The notes under the pieces: generated by a model | Databases searched by the model: none | The model's input: only the letters and a program-made list of their open reading frames with translations | What the model was told of the DNA's origin: nothing | Assembly: GCA_964515375.1 (NCBI GenBank) | Contig: CAZERF010000001.1 | Location: 115,243 to 179,242, forward strand | Direction of reading: 5' to 3' | Length of the DNA: 64,000 bases | From: an uncultured Candidatus Saccharibacteria bacterium | Lineage (GTDB): Bacteria > Patescibacteriota > Minisyncoccia > Phycocordibacterales > UBA6899 | Program-made: the position numbers and the translations under genes | Shown here: in pieces, positions 1 through 11,932 of the stretch | How positions within the stretch are numbered: the first letter of the stretch is position 1 | Layout of the letters: each line of letters begins with the position of its first letter

Positions 1-164
1 TTGAAGACGATGATGTTTGTTGGATGTGCGCTTGCGTAGAAAGCACGCGCGGTGATCGCTTCAGGCGAGCAGAATTCGGCACTACGAGACTCGTTGAGAT
101 CGAGGATCTCTTGAATGATACGCGGTTGCCGGTTCATGAGCGGGTAATTCTCCTGATGAAACAT
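1..164 (-). CDS. N-terminal part of a protein running off the window start; resembles CsoSCA-like/beta carbonic anhydrase-related proteins
   Basis: Not in the ORF track. Manual translation from ATG 164: MFHQENYPLMNRQPRIIQEILDLNESRSAEFCSPEAITARAFYASAHPTNIIVF(K)... The HPT...K segment recalls the lead-in to a CMDGR zinc motif, which would lie outside the window. GAGG SD-like site upstream. Confidence 0.5.
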   Translation of the reverse strand, partial: MFHQENYPLMNRQPRIIQEILDLNESRSAEFCSPEAITARAFYASAHPTNIIVF

Positions 165-321
165 GGTCGACCTCATTGTTGTTGTGAAGAAAGAAAGGAA
201 CAGCCGGGGAAAACTCTACTTCTTATTTTTGTAGTCGTCAATTGCATTTGTCCACCGAGAGGCGCATATCCCCATCAATTTTTTTGATTTTTTCCATAAA
301 TATGCTAGGGTGGAGCCACTT

Positions 322-1336
<1,015 letters not shown>

Positions 1337-1354
1337 TCCTCTCACTTCCTTCGT

Positions 1355-1810
1355 ATGGAGATCCTTCACGCATTCGGTATAGAGTGGAAACTGCTCGCCA
1401 TTCAGGTGATCAACTTCGCGGTGGTGCTTTTTGTGTTGCATCGCTTTGCGTATACGCCGGTCATGGCGATCATCGCGAAACGCGAGAAGGAGATCGCGGA
1501 CGGCGTTCGTGCCGCGGAGGATGCCAAGCAAGAAGAGTCCCGTATTCGCGCGGAAAAGGAGGCAATACTCGCTCATGCGCGCGAGGAAGGAGGAAAGATC
1601 GTCGAGGAATTGCGCAAATCAGGTATCGAATCCGAACGTACGATCGTGCGTGAAGCGCAGGAGATGTCCTCTTCGATCCTGACCGATGCGCATGCACGTG
1701 CAGAAGAGGAACGCGCGCACTTGCTTCGCGAGAGCGAGAAGGAGATCGCGCGCGCCGCACTGCTTGCTGCAGAAAAGATCTTACGAGCCAATAACGCGGC
1801 CAATTCCTAG
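1355..1810 (+). CDS. atpF: F0F1 ATP synthase subunit b
   Basis: N-terminal TM (QVINF..LF.L..FAY.P) followed by a charged coiled coil; operon position. Confidence 0.95.
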   Translation: MEILHAFGIEWKLLAIQVINFAVVLFVLHRFAYTPVMAIIAKREKEIADGVRAAEDAKQEESRIRAEKEAILAHAREEGGKIVEELRKSGIESERTIVREAQEMSSSILTDAHARAEEERAHLLRESEKEIARAALLAAEKILRANNAANS

Positions 1811-1813
1811 ACC

Positions 1814-2218
1814 ATGCGCGCTTCGACCTACGCCAAAGCATTGCGAGAAGTCCTTCGATCACGGACTCATGATGAGGACGTTCTTGTCGAGCATTTTGTC
1901 GCGACAGTCCGCGCGAACGGTCATGAGTACCTTCTTCCCAGTATCGTGAAGGCCTTCGGGCGATTGGCGGAGAAAGAAGTGCGGAACGAGACCATCGAGG
2001 TCACTTCCGCTCACCCCCTCTCTGAGGACGATGTGGTTGGGGTCTTGAAACGACCGGAGTACCGCGACCTCCTCACCGCATCGCATCGTCGCGTCGCACG
2101 GAAGGTTGACGAAAGTATTGTCGGAGGAGTCGTCGTGCGCGCCGGTTCTCGTCGCGTTGACGGAAGTTACAAACGCGCATTGCTTGATATTTACCAAGAA
2201 TTCACCAACACCTTATAA
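1814..2218 (+). CDS. atpH: F0F1 ATP synthase subunit delta (short)
   Basis: YAKAL N-terminus, [23 protein letters not shown]-terminal OSCP motif; 134 aa. Confidence 0.9.
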   Translation: MRASTYAKALREVLRSRTHDEDVLVEHFVATVRANGHEYLLPSIVKAFGRLAEKEVRNETIEVTSAHPLSEDDVVGVLKRPEYRDLLTASHRRVARKVDESIVGGVVVRAGSRRVDGSYKRALLDIYQEFTNTL

Positions 2219-2241
2219 GACTTGAGACTCATCACTTCACC

Positions 2242-3804
2242 ATGGAACACGTAGTAGAAAAACTAAAAAAGCAGATCATCGAATTCACTCCGAAGGCCAA
2301 GCAAGAGAAGGTCGGCGTGGTCATGTCCGCCGCAGACGGTATCGCGGAGGTGGACGGACTCGACGATGTCATGATGTCCGAGATGGTCGTCTTCGAAACG
2401 ACGGAAGGGAAGAGTCTTGAGGAAACGCTTCAAGGTGAGGACGCGCTCATTGGCATGGCGCTCAATCTCGAAGAGGATTCGGTAAAGATCGTCGTGCTTG
2501 GTGATGCGACGAAGATCAAGGAAGGTATGCTCGTGCGTTCGACCGGACAGATCCTCTCGATCCCGGTCGGTGATGAGTTGGTGGGGCGTGTGGTGAACCC
2601 GCTCGGAGAAGCGTTGGACGGAGGTGTGCCCGTACGCACCGCTAAACGCAATCCGATCGAGCGTCGCGCGTATGGTGTGATCGAACGCAAATCAGTCTCG
2701 ACTCCGCTTCATACAGGTATCAAGGCGATCGACGGCATGGTGCCGATCGGTCGTGGGCAGCGCGAGCTCATCATTGGTGATCGTCAGACCGGGAAGACCG
2801 TTGTCGCGATCGACACCATTTTAAATCAATTGAATGAACCGGTTGCGAACCGCCCCATTTGTATCTATGTGGCGATCGGACAAAAGGATTCCAAGATCGC
2901 ACGTATCGTTCAACAGCTCCGCGATCGCGGTGCGATGGACTATACGATCGTTGTTTCCGCTCCCGTGTCATCGTCGGCCGCGCTTCAATTCCTTGCTCCG
3001 TACGCCGGGGCAGCTATTGGCGAGTACTTCATGGACGCGGGTCGCGACGCACTCGTGATCTATGACGATCTTTCCAAGCATGCGGTGGCGTATCGTCAAA
3101 TGTCACTTCTCTTGCGCCGTCCGCCCGGACGTGAGGCATATCCCGGAGACATTTTCTATCTCCACTCTCGCTTGCTTGAGCGTGCCGCCCGCCTTTCCGA
3201 CAAGATGGGCGGAGGATCTTTGACGGCACTTCCGATCATTGAGACACAGGAGAATGACGTGTCAGCATATATTCCGACGAACGTCATCTCGATCACAGAC
3301 GGACAGATTTATCTTGAGGCGGACCTCTTCAACAAGGGTATTCGCCCCGCGATCAACGTGGGTGTGTCTGTTTCTCGTGTCGGTTCATCCGCCCAAACCA
3401 AGGCCATGAAAAAGGTTGCCGGTCGCTTGCGTCTTGAACTCGCACAGTTCCGCGAACTTGAGGCATTCGTACAGTTCTCTTCTGATCTCGACTCCGAAAC
3501 CAAGCAGCGCATCGAGAAGGGAAAGCTCATGGTGGAGGTTTTGAAGCAAGACAAATCTGTCCCGCTTCCGTTCGAGAAACAGGTGGCAATCATCTTTGTT
3601 GCCGGCGCGGATGTGTTGAATGATTGCGACAAGACTCGCGTCTCCGCGATCGAGTCCGCGTTCTTTGCACTGCTCGAATCTCAGTACCCGGAGGTCTTGA
3701 AGGAGATCGCCGCATCGCGCGATCTTTCGGATGAATCGCAAAAGACCCTAAAGGATGCGGTGGAAACCCTCCGCGCAACCCGCCCGGAATTCTTCGGGAA
3801 GTAA
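2242..3804 (+). CDS. atpA: F0F1 ATP synthase subunit alpha
   Basis: GDRQTGKT Walker [26 protein letters not shown]. Confidence 0.99.
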   Translation: MEHVVEKLKKQIIEFTPKAKQEKVGVVMSAADGIAEVDGLDDVMMSEMVVFETTEGKSLEETLQGEDALIGMALNLEEDSVKIVVLGDATKIKEGMLVRSTGQILSIPVGDELVGRVVNPLGEALDGGVPVRTAKRNPIERRAYGVIERKSVSTPLHTGIKAIDGMVPIGRGQRELIIGDRQTGKTVVAIDTILNQLNEPVANRPICIYVAIGQKDSKIARIVQQLRDRGAMDYTIVVSAPVSSSAALQFLAPYAGAAIGEYFMDAGRDALVIYDDLSKHAVAYRQMSLLLRRPPGREAYPGDIFYLHSRLLERAARLSDKMGGGSLTALPIIETQENDVSAYIPTNVISITDGQIYLEADLFNKGIRPAINVGVSVSRVGSSAQTKAMKKVAGRLRLELAQFRELEAFVQFSSDLDSETKQRIEKGKLMVEVLKQDKSVPLPFEKQVAIIFVAGADVLNDCDKTRVSAIESAFFALLESQYPEVLKEIAASRDLSDESQKTLKDAVETLRATRPEFFGK

Positions 3805-3810
3805 ACGAAC

Positions 3811-4125
3811 ATGAGTATTAAACCTGAAAAAGAGAGAATCATAAAATTGTGGATCATTGGAGTGATCGAGTTCTTCGCCTCTCTTCTTCTCTTGGCTCCA
3901 ACGTTTAATACTCATGCGTGGAAGTTGAGTTGTGGAGAGTCTGCATTTCCTTGTGAAATGGGTGCCGTTTTGCTTCCGAACAGCTTACTCTATTGGGGGT
4001 ATTCATTAATGCTGATCATTTCATTTGTGGTTATTGTACTCAAAAATTTGAAGTGGGCTTGGTTCCTAAACCTCACACTCCTTATTCTTTTTGTCCCCTT
4101 TACATTTATCGCCGCAAATATTTAA
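3811..4125 (+). CDS. Hypothetical small membrane protein (about 3 TM) inside the atp operon
   Basis: 104-aa ORF filling the atpA-atpG gap; AT-rich; three hydrophobic segments; Cys pair in a loop. Confidence 0.7.
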   Translation: MSIKPEKERIIKLWIIGVIEFFASLLLLAPTFNTHAWKLSCGESAFPCEMGAVLLPNSLLYWGYSLMLIISFVVIVLKNLKWAWFLNLTLLILFVPFTFIAANI

Positions 4126-4126
4126 C

Positions 4127-5056
4127 ATGTCTCTCAAAGCCGTTAAAAACAAAATAAAGTCGATTGACAAGACTCGCCAAGTGACGAAGGCGATGGAAGC
4201 GGTCTCTGCGGTCAAGATGCGCAAGTCACAGTCGCTCGCACTCGGAACTCGCCCGTACGCGCTTTCTGCGCTCAAGATCCTTCGGAGTATCTCGGGTTCG
4301 ATCGAAGCGGCAAACCACCCGCTCACAACCGAGCGCCCGGTCACACGCACGATCCTTATTGTCGTGTCCGCGGACAAGGGGCTTGCCGGAAGCTATGGTG
4401 CGTCACTCTTGAAGCAGACGTATCGCTTCATGGCGGAGCATGCGCTCACAAAGGACAATACCGCCCTTATCATGATCGGAAAGAAAGCGCATGAGCATTT
4501 TGCAAAGCGTGGTTGGACGATTCTTGCACATTATGAGCACTGGAGTGATCACGTGGATTTCGACGCGATCCGACCGCTTGCGGACATGGTGAAGGAATTA
4601 TTCGTGAGTGGATCTTATGACCGGGTGCATATTGTGTACACAAATTTTGTTTCGACCCTGAAGCAGGCCGTGTATACACGACAACTCTTGCCGGTCTCGT
4701 TTGCGCGTGTCGAAGAGGTGGTGCGTGGGATCACCCCCGAAAAAGGCAAATTCTCCGACACTGCAAAGGGGGATGACTTGCGTGTGAAAGAGTACGTCTT
4801 CGAGCCCTCCGCGGAGACGATCCTTACAAATTTGATCCCACTTCTTTTCAATATTCAGATCTACCACTCGATCCTTGAGGCGAACGCGTCGGAACATTCC
4901 GCGCGTATGATCGCCATGAAGAATGCGTCCGACAGTGCGGGGGATATCTCGCGTGGACTCAAGCTTTACTTCAACAAGGTACGTCAATCCGCGATCACGA
5001 GAGAGGTCTCCGAGATCGTTGGTGGCATGGAGTCGATGCGTATCGTTGATCGTTAA
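4127..5056 (+). CDS. atpG: F0F1 ATP synthase subunit gamma
   Basis: TRQVTKAMEAVSAVK, DKGLAG, SEHSARMIAMKNA, RQSAITREVSEIVGG; ATG at 4127. Confidence 0.98.
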   Translation: MSLKAVKNKIKSIDKTRQVTKAMEAVSAVKMRKSQSLALGTRPYALSALKILRSISGSIEAANHPLTTERPVTRTILIVVSADKGLAGSYGASLLKQTYRFMAEHALTKDNTALIMIGKKAHEHFAKRGWTILAHYEHWSDHVDFDAIRPLADMVKELFVSGSYDRVHIVYTNFVSTLKQAVYTRQLLPVSFARVEEVVRGITPEKGKFSDTAKGDDLRVKEYVFEPSAETILTNLIPLLFNIQIYHSILEANASEHSARMIAMKNASDSAGDISRGLKLYFNKVRQSAITREVSEIVGGMESMRIVDR

Positions 5057-5073
5057 TCATTCATCACATCATC

Positions 5074-5457
5074 ATGGACGAAGATATGAACATGGATCGG
5101 ATCGCGAAGGAGGATGTCATCGACGCCGCGAATGACCCCGAGCAGTCCGACACGCTTGACCTCCTCACGCTTTATTTCGAGCAAGAGTGCGGAGAAAGCA
5201 AGGATGCCGCGGTGATTATCAAGGAAGCGCACGATGCCGCGATGATCCTCTTTGACGCCAAACGTTACGAGGATACTGTCGAGTGGCTCGACCGAGTCGC
5301 AACCAAACTCTCCGATGAAGAAGGTCCCGACAGTGAACTCTATATGGCCTTCGCTGAAAGTGAGGAGCTTGAGGATCTTCGCATGAAGGCGACCGACAAG
5401 ATCTTTGGTGGCGAAGAAGAAGAGGAAGATGATGATTATAATAATGATGATGAATAA
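5074..5457 (+). CDS. Hypothetical very acidic helical protein
   Basis: 127-aa ORF in the atpG-atpD gap, D/E-rich, poly-E/D tail. Confidence 0.75.
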   Translation: MDEDMNMDRIAKEDVIDAANDPEQSDTLDLLTLYFEQECGESKDAAVIIKEAHDAAMILFDAKRYEDTVEWLDRVATKLSDEEGPDSELYMAFAESEELEDLRMKATDKIFGGEEEEEDDDYNNDDE

Positions 5458-5458
5458 T

Positions 5459-5866
5459 ATGCACGAAGGAGTCCCGCAAGAAGAACAAAATACTCAACCC
5501 ATTGAGTCTCAAGATGAAGATAATATGAACAAGGAAGCAACAGTAAAGGTCATCACTCCGGAATCGGTCGTCGCCACACTCAAGGAGGGGGACGTGAGTC
5601 AACTTATCGAATACCGAAAAGCCCTTGAAGAATCCATGGGTGAGACGACTGAAGGACGCTTTGATCTCGAAGAAATCATGATTCGTCTCTATGTTGCTGC
5701 AGGAATGCACGATGAAGCACTTGATACGGTTGACGCAATGCTTGATATGGCAGACGGTGAACGCAATGATGCACAATATGAACGATTCCGTGCGATGGGG
5801 ATGGAAATAAGCGCTTTGTTGAGTCAGAACAATATGCCGATCGAAACACCGAGAACAGACAACTAA
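5459..5866 (+). CDS. Hypothetical acidic protein with a TPR-like helix pair
   Basis: ORF follows the previous stop by 1 nt (ATG 5450 also possible); IRLYVAAGMHDEALDTV segment is TPR-like. Confidence 0.7.
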   Translation: MHEGVPQEEQNTQPIESQDEDNMNKEATVKVITPESVVATLKEGDVSQLIEYRKALEESMGETTEGRFDLEEIMIRLYVAAGMHDEALDTVDAMLDMADGERNDAQYERFRAMGMEISALLSQNNMPIETPRTDN

Positions 5867-5885
5867 GATTATTATTTATTCGTAA

Positions 5886-7295
<1,410 letters not shown>

Positions 7296-7315
7296 TCATT
7301 CATTGAATCTTTGAT

Positions 7316-7549
7316 ATGAAACTTACCATCACACAGATCGACAAAGTGCTTTGGAAGGGTGATGCGACGAGCGTGACCGTTCCGGGCGCGAGCGGCACAA
7401 TGACCGTACTTGATCATCAGATGCCACTCATCACAACTCTCGAGAAGGGTGTCGTGATGGTGACCGCGGAAAACGGCGAAAAGACTTCATTTCCCATCAC
7501 ATCAGGCTTTCTTGAGGTGGGGAAGAGTGAGACGGTGGTGCTTGTTTAG
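7316..7549 (+). CDS. atpC: F0F1 ATP synthase subunit epsilon (N-terminal beta-sandwich only)
   Basis: VTVPGASG.MTVL..., SGFLEV; 77 aa, no C-terminal helices. Confidence 0.9.
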   Translation: MKLTITQIDKVLWKGDATSVTVPGASGTMTVLDHQMPLITTLEKGVVMVTAENGEKTSFPITSGFLEVGKSETVVLV

Positions 7550-7563
7550 TCACTCCCGCGGAG

Positions 7564-7593
7564 AAACACTCGAGAAGAACTCTCGGGTGTTTT
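7564..7593 (+). terminator. Probable intrinsic terminator of the atp operon
   Basis: AAACACTCGAGA-AGAAC-TCTCGGGTGTTT hairpin ending in Ts, just after atpC. Confidence 0.6.
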
Positions 7594-7611
7594 GTTGTAT
7601 AATGAAACGGT

Positions 7612-10323
7612 ATGCGTGATCAAAGCGAGCGTGAATGGTATCGGTTGCCCCGCGAAGAAGTATATACGATCTTGCGCACGGGGGAAGCGGGTCTTTCGGA
7701 TGACGAAGCGGCGACTTGTCGCTTGAAAATGGGTACAAATGTCCTTTCGGACCCCAAGAAATCGTCTTTTGTTGATCGTATCGTCGATGAACTTAAGAAT
7801 CCGCTTGCTTTTGTGCTTCTCTCCGCGGGGATCGTTACGACGCTTATCCGCGAATATGTCGACTCGACGGTCATCTTTGTTGCGCTCATTATCAATGTTG
7901 CAATCAGTCTCTATCAGCAGGGTCGTGCGGACAAGGCGTTTGTCCGCCTTCGTGATTCACAGGAGAAGCATGCAACCGTCATCCGTTCAGGAGAAAAGCG
8001 ACGGATCCTCGCACGTGAACTTGTTCCCGGCGACATGATCGAGGTCGCTTCCGGAATGAATGTTCCTGCCGATGCACGGATCATTACCGCAACGCGTTGT
8101 GAGGTCAACGAGTCCGCGCTCACGGGAGAGTGGATCGACATTACCAAGGAGGATGCGTACTATGACCGCCTTCTCCCGCTTTCGGAACGGAAGAATATGC
8201 TCTATATGGGTACGCTCGTCACCTCGGGCGTCGCGCAGGCGGTCGTTGTGGCGACGGGTGACCATACTGAATTCGGGAGTATCGCTACTGCACTTAAAAA
8301 ACAAAACGAAGCGATCACTCCTCTTCAGGAAAATATCGCCAACATCGCGCGTTTTCTTTCGTATATCGTGATCGGCGCGCTCGTCGTGATCTTTGTCCTT
8401 GGAATGTTGCGCGACATTCCCTTTGCGGAACTCCTCTTGATATCGATCGCGATCGCGGTTGCCGCTATTCCTGAAGGAATGCCCGCCGCAGTCACTGTCT
8501 CTCTGGCCATCGGGATGGAGTCGATACTTCGCCGTGGAGGATTGGTGCGCAACTTGCTTGCCGCCGAGACGTTGGGTTCGACGACGGTGATCATGACTGA
8601 CAAGACCGGAACACTGACAAAAGGAGAGATGCGCATCGCGCACGTCGCAACCCTCGGAAGTCTCCGTGCCTCACTTCCTCGTGGCTCCGATGACCCTCAT
8701 GTTCCGCAAAACGGAGATGAACACGATCTTCTTCAGTTTGCGACACTTGCCTCCGATGCATATATTGAGCGCGCGCCAAAGGAAGGAGGGGCGGCTGAGG
8801 ATACCGTTGTTGGTCGTCCTGTTGAGAGAGCGATCGTCTCTGCCGCACTCGAATCCGGCATCGATCAACGCGCGTTGCTTCAAGATTTCCCGAGGATCGA
8901 GTTCCTGCCTTTTTCTTCCGACTTTCCCGTCGCGATGTCTCTTCATCGCGTGCGTGGATTGGCGGCGCACCGTTTGTACATGAGTGGTGCTCCCGAATTC
9001 TTGCTTTCTCATGCATCACTCGCCTACATCGCGGGGCGTGCTGAATCGATGAGTGAGGCGGTGCGAAATATTCTCTCTACAACGCTTTCGCGTTACGCAA
9101 GTGACGGACTCCGTGTCATTGCGGTCGCCTATCGTGAAGGCGAGGTGAAACATCTCGGAGAAACAGGAGGCGATCGACGTCGCAAAGAACTCTTGCGTGA
9201 GTTAGTTTTTGTTGGATTCATTGTCTTCCGTGATCCGTTGCGCGAGGATGCGGCTTCTTCGATTTCAGAGGCGCAAGATGGAGGTACAAGGGTCATTATG
9301 GTGACGGGAGACAATCCGGAGACCGCGCGTTCGATCGCTTTTGAGTGTGGAATATGGCACGAAGGTGACCTTGTCCTTTCGGGTGCCGATGTGGAAAAGA
9401 TGAACGACCGGACCCTCTCCGACATGCTCCCTCGTACGTCGGTCTTTGCGCGCATGACTCCCGACAACAAGATGCGGATCGCGCGTTTACTCCTTGCTTC
9501 GGGTGAGGTTGTCGCGATGACGGGAGACGGAGTGAACGACGCTCCTGCTTTGCGCGTCGCTTCGATCGGCATCGCGCTCGGTTCCGGTACTGAGGTTGCA
9601 AAGGAGGCTTCCGATCTCGTTCTGCTTTCCAATAGTTTCCGCATTATTGTTGCGGCGATCGAAGAGGGGAGAAGAATCATCGACAACCTGCGCAAGATCG
9701 TCGCGTACCTCCTTTCTACATCGGGAGGAGAGATCATTGTTGTCGGGGGAGCGCTTGCATTCGGTCTTCCTCTTCCGCTTCTTCCCGCGCAGATCCTCTG
9801 GACGAATATCCTCTCCGAGGGATTCATGAATTTTTCATTTGCCTTCGAGCCGAAAGAGGCGGACCTCATGCAACGCGATCCGAAGCACTCCAGTGCGCGC
9901 ACAATGCTTTCACGCCGGCTCATGGTCTTTGTGACAACGCTCGCACTCTCTTCGGGGGCACTCCTCCTGCTCTTGTATTGGTACCTTATGAAAATGACCG
10001 ACATGTCGCTTGACGGCGCAAGAACCGTCATGTTCATTGCGCTCACGCTGGTGATGGTCTTTTCGGTCTTTTCTCTCAAAGATCTTCGCGCGCCGATCTG
10101 GAAGACGCGAATCTGGAATAATCCTTACATCTTTGCGTCCATAGGAATCACCCTTTTTGGACTTTTTCTCGCACTCTTTGTCCCTCCGGTCACGGATATG
10201 CTGCGGCTCGTTCCCGGTGAGGCAAAGGCGCACCCCTTCCTCTTCGCGGCTGTCGTTGTGGCGAATATTCTCGCCATTGAACTCGCTAAATATCTGCTAT
10301 TTTCACGGCGCGTGCATTCGTGA
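7612..10323 (+). CDS. Cation-transporting P-type ATPase (type II, Ca2+-ATPase-like)
   Basis: DKTGTLT phosphorylation site, AIPEGMP, TGD, GDGVND, 10-TM layout. Confidence 0.95.
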   Translation: MRDQSEREWYRLPREEVYTILRTGEAGLSDDEAATCRLKMGTNVLSDPKKSSFVDRIVDELKNPLAFVLLSAGIVTTLIREYVDSTVIFVALIINVAISLYQQGRADKAFVRLRDSQEKHATVIRSGEKRRILARELVPGDMIEVASGMNVPADARIITATRCEVNESALTGEWIDITKEDAYYDRLLPLSERKNMLYMGTLVTSGVAQAVVVATGDHTEFGSIATALKKQNEAITPLQENIANIARFLSYIVIGALVVIFVLGMLRDIPFAELLLISIAIAVAAIPEGMPAAVTVSLAIGMESILRRGGLVRNLLAAETLGSTTVIMTDKTGTLTKGEMRIAHVATLGSLRASLPRGSDDPHVPQNGDEHDLLQFATLASDAYIERAPKEGGAAEDTVVGRPVERAIVSAALESGIDQRALLQDFPRIEFLPFSSDFPVAMSLHRVRGLAAHRLYMSGAPEFLLSHASLAYIAGRAESMSEAVRNILSTTLSRYASDGLRVIAVAYREGEVKHLGETGGDRRRKELLRELVFVGFIVFRDPLREDAASSISEAQDGGTRVIMVTGDNPETARSIAFECGIWHEGDLVLSGADVEKMNDRTLSDMLPRTSVFARMTPDNKMRIARLLLASGEVVAMTGDGVNDAPALRVASIGIALGSGTEVAKEASDLVLLSNSFRIIVAAIEEGRRIIDNLRKIVAYLLSTSGGEIIVVGGALAFGLPLPLLPAQILWTNILSEGFMNFSFAFEPKEADLMQRDPKHSSARTMLSRRLMVFVTTLALSSGALLLLLYWYLMKMTDMSLDGARTVMFIALTLVMVFSVFSLKDLRAPIWKTRIWNNPYIFASIGITLFGLFLALFVPPVTDMLRLVPGEAKAHPFLFAAVVVANILAIELAKYLLFSRRVHS

Positions 10324-10335
10324 TACACTCACAGC

Positions 10336-11421
10336 ATGGAAACCGCATTTTATGTTTTGATCGCGCTTTTTGTGGGCGCCGGAGTTGTTTGGTTCATTGT
10401 GGGACGCAAAAGGGAAGAGGTTGAGGGTACTCAAAACAAGGAGACCATGCTCCTTTTGCAACAATTGAACGAGATGAACAAACTCCTTGATACTCGTCTC
10501 TCGGAGTCGCGCAAAGAGATGACCGACGCGGTTCGTGTGCAATTTTCCGAATCCCAGCGCCTTCTCCGCGAGATCAATGAGCAGATGAACAAAAGTCTCG
10601 TTGATGTCGCGCGCGAACAGACCAAGACCAACGAAGCAACGACACGATTCATGTCGATCGCCGAGCAGCTCGCCAGTCTCGAAAAGACATTGAAGCACCA
10701 GAAACAGCGCGGGAACTTGGGCGAAGCATCGCTTGAACTCATACTCTCCAACATCTTGCCGCCGGGCACGTACAAGATGCAGCACGAGTTCGCGAACAAG
10801 GAAAAAGTGGATGCGATCATCGTCACCAAAGAAGGTGTCATTCCCGTCGATGCAAAGTTCTCGCTCGACAACTACAATCGAGTGACGATGGCGATCGATG
10901 ACAAGCAGCGCGAGGAGCTTGAGAAAGAATTCAAGAATGACCTCAAAAAGCGCATCGACGAGACCGCAAAGTATATTCGCCCCGAAGAGGGGACTCTTCC
11001 GTTCGCTTTTATGTTCATTCCTGCCGAAGGAATCTACTACGACCTGCTGATCAATGAAGTGGGCGCGGTCAAAGTGAATACGCGCAATCTTATTGACTAT
11101 GCCTACAACGACAAAAAGGTGATCATCGTCTCTCCGACGACCTTTGCTGCCTATCTCCAGTCTGTGCTCTACGGGTTCAAGGCGTTCAAGATCGAAGAGG
11201 GCGCCAAGGAGATCGGAAAGCGTGTCGGCGAGCTCGGCAAACATTTGAAGGCGTATGAGGAGTATATGGCGAAGCTTGGTAATGCACTTGGAACTACGGT
11301 CAATCACTACAACGCGGCGCACAAAGAATTAGGAAAGATCGACAAAGATGTGACCCGTATCACGGGTGGAAGTCCGGGGATCGATGTGCTCCAGATCGAC
11401 AAGCCCGACCAAGGAGAATAA
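10336..11421 (+). CDS. rmuC: DNA recombination protein RmuC
   Basis: N-terminal TM, coiled coil, RGNLGE, PVDAKF, FMFIPAEGIY, VSPTT. Confidence 0.95.
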   Translation: METAFYVLIALFVGAGVVWFIVGRKREEVEGTQNKETMLLLQQLNEMNKLLDTRLSESRKEMTDAVRVQFSESQRLLREINEQMNKSLVDVAREQTKTNEATTRFMSIAEQLASLEKTLKHQKQRGNLGEASLELILSNILPPGTYKMQHEFANKEKVDAIIVTKEGVIPVDAKFSLDNYNRVTMAIDDKQREELEKEFKNDLKKRIDETAKYIRPEEGTLPFAFMFIPAEGIYYDLLINEVGAVKVNTRNLIDYAYNDKKVIIVSPTTFAAYLQSVLYGFKAFKIEEGAKEIGKRVGELGKHLKAYEEYMAKLGNALGTTVNHYNAAHKELGKIDKDVTRITGGSPGIDVLQIDKPDQGE

Positions 11422-11448
11422 AAAATACCGCCCTCTCGAAGAGGGCGG
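11421..11448. terminator. Hairpin terminator between convergent rmuC and an orphan gene
   Basis: CCGCCCTC-TCGAA-GAGGGCGG with an A-tract on the left (U-tract for the minus strand). Confidence 0.65.
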
Positions 11449-11466
11449 CGTGCTTTCCGCGGAATC

Positions 11467-11829
11467 CTACCTCCCGTCTTGTTGTGAGACGAGGAGGCGG
11501 AAGGTTGCGACGGCGATGGAGATAAAGAGCTCATCACCTCTTAAATGCGGAGCAGCAGCCCCTTGAGCATCTTTTGCCATCGCGAGCGCCTTTGCGGCGT
11601 CCTCGCGAAGGCGTAGGACCTGCGCCTCCGTCATTCCGTACGAGGCAAGAATGGGAATTGCCTCTGCGGTCAGCGCTCCGGCGAGCTTCCCGGTTTGCAA
11701 TTCTTGAGGGGTATTTGATGAGGTGACCGCATCTGACATCGCTTTTGTTGCGATCTTGCTGAGGTTTCTGATTTTTTGTGTGTTGTCGGAGGGGGGGTAA
11801 TATCCAGGAACCAGCATTTTTCTCTCCAA
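11467..11829 (-). CDS. Hypothetical protein
   Basis: 120-aa ORF (TTG 11829 or ATG 11817) with its own near-consensus promoter and a downstream terminator. Confidence 0.6.
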   Translation of the reverse strand: MERKMLVPGYYPPSDNTQKIRNLSKIATKAMSDAVTSSNTPQELQTGKLAGALTAEAIPILASYGMTEAQVLRLREDAAKALAMAKDAQGAAAPHLRGDELFISIAVATFRLLVSQQDGR

Positions 11830-11854
11830 ATTGGGTGAAATGAACTACTCTCCT

Positions 11855-11883
11855 ATTATATAATGCTTATTCTGCAAGGTCAA
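11855..11883 (-). promoter_or_regulatory. Sigma70-type promoter of the orphan gene
   Basis: TTGACC-17 nt-TATAAT on the minus strand. Confidence 0.7.
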
Positions 11884-11894
11884 TACTTGCATAT

Positions 11895-11922
11895 TTGCAA
11901 GTTTTAAAAAACCGTGTAGAAT
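11895..11922 (+). promoter_or_regulatory. Sigma70-type promoter of rplU
   Basis: TTGCAA-16 nt-TAGAAT, 10 nt before ATG 11933. Confidence 0.6.
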
Positions 11923-11932
11923 GCTAATCACT

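Noticed and set aside
5413-5460. GAA/GAT/AAT trinucleotide-like run
   Set aside because: It encodes the acidic tail of the upstream protein; it is imperfect and not a phase-variable tract.
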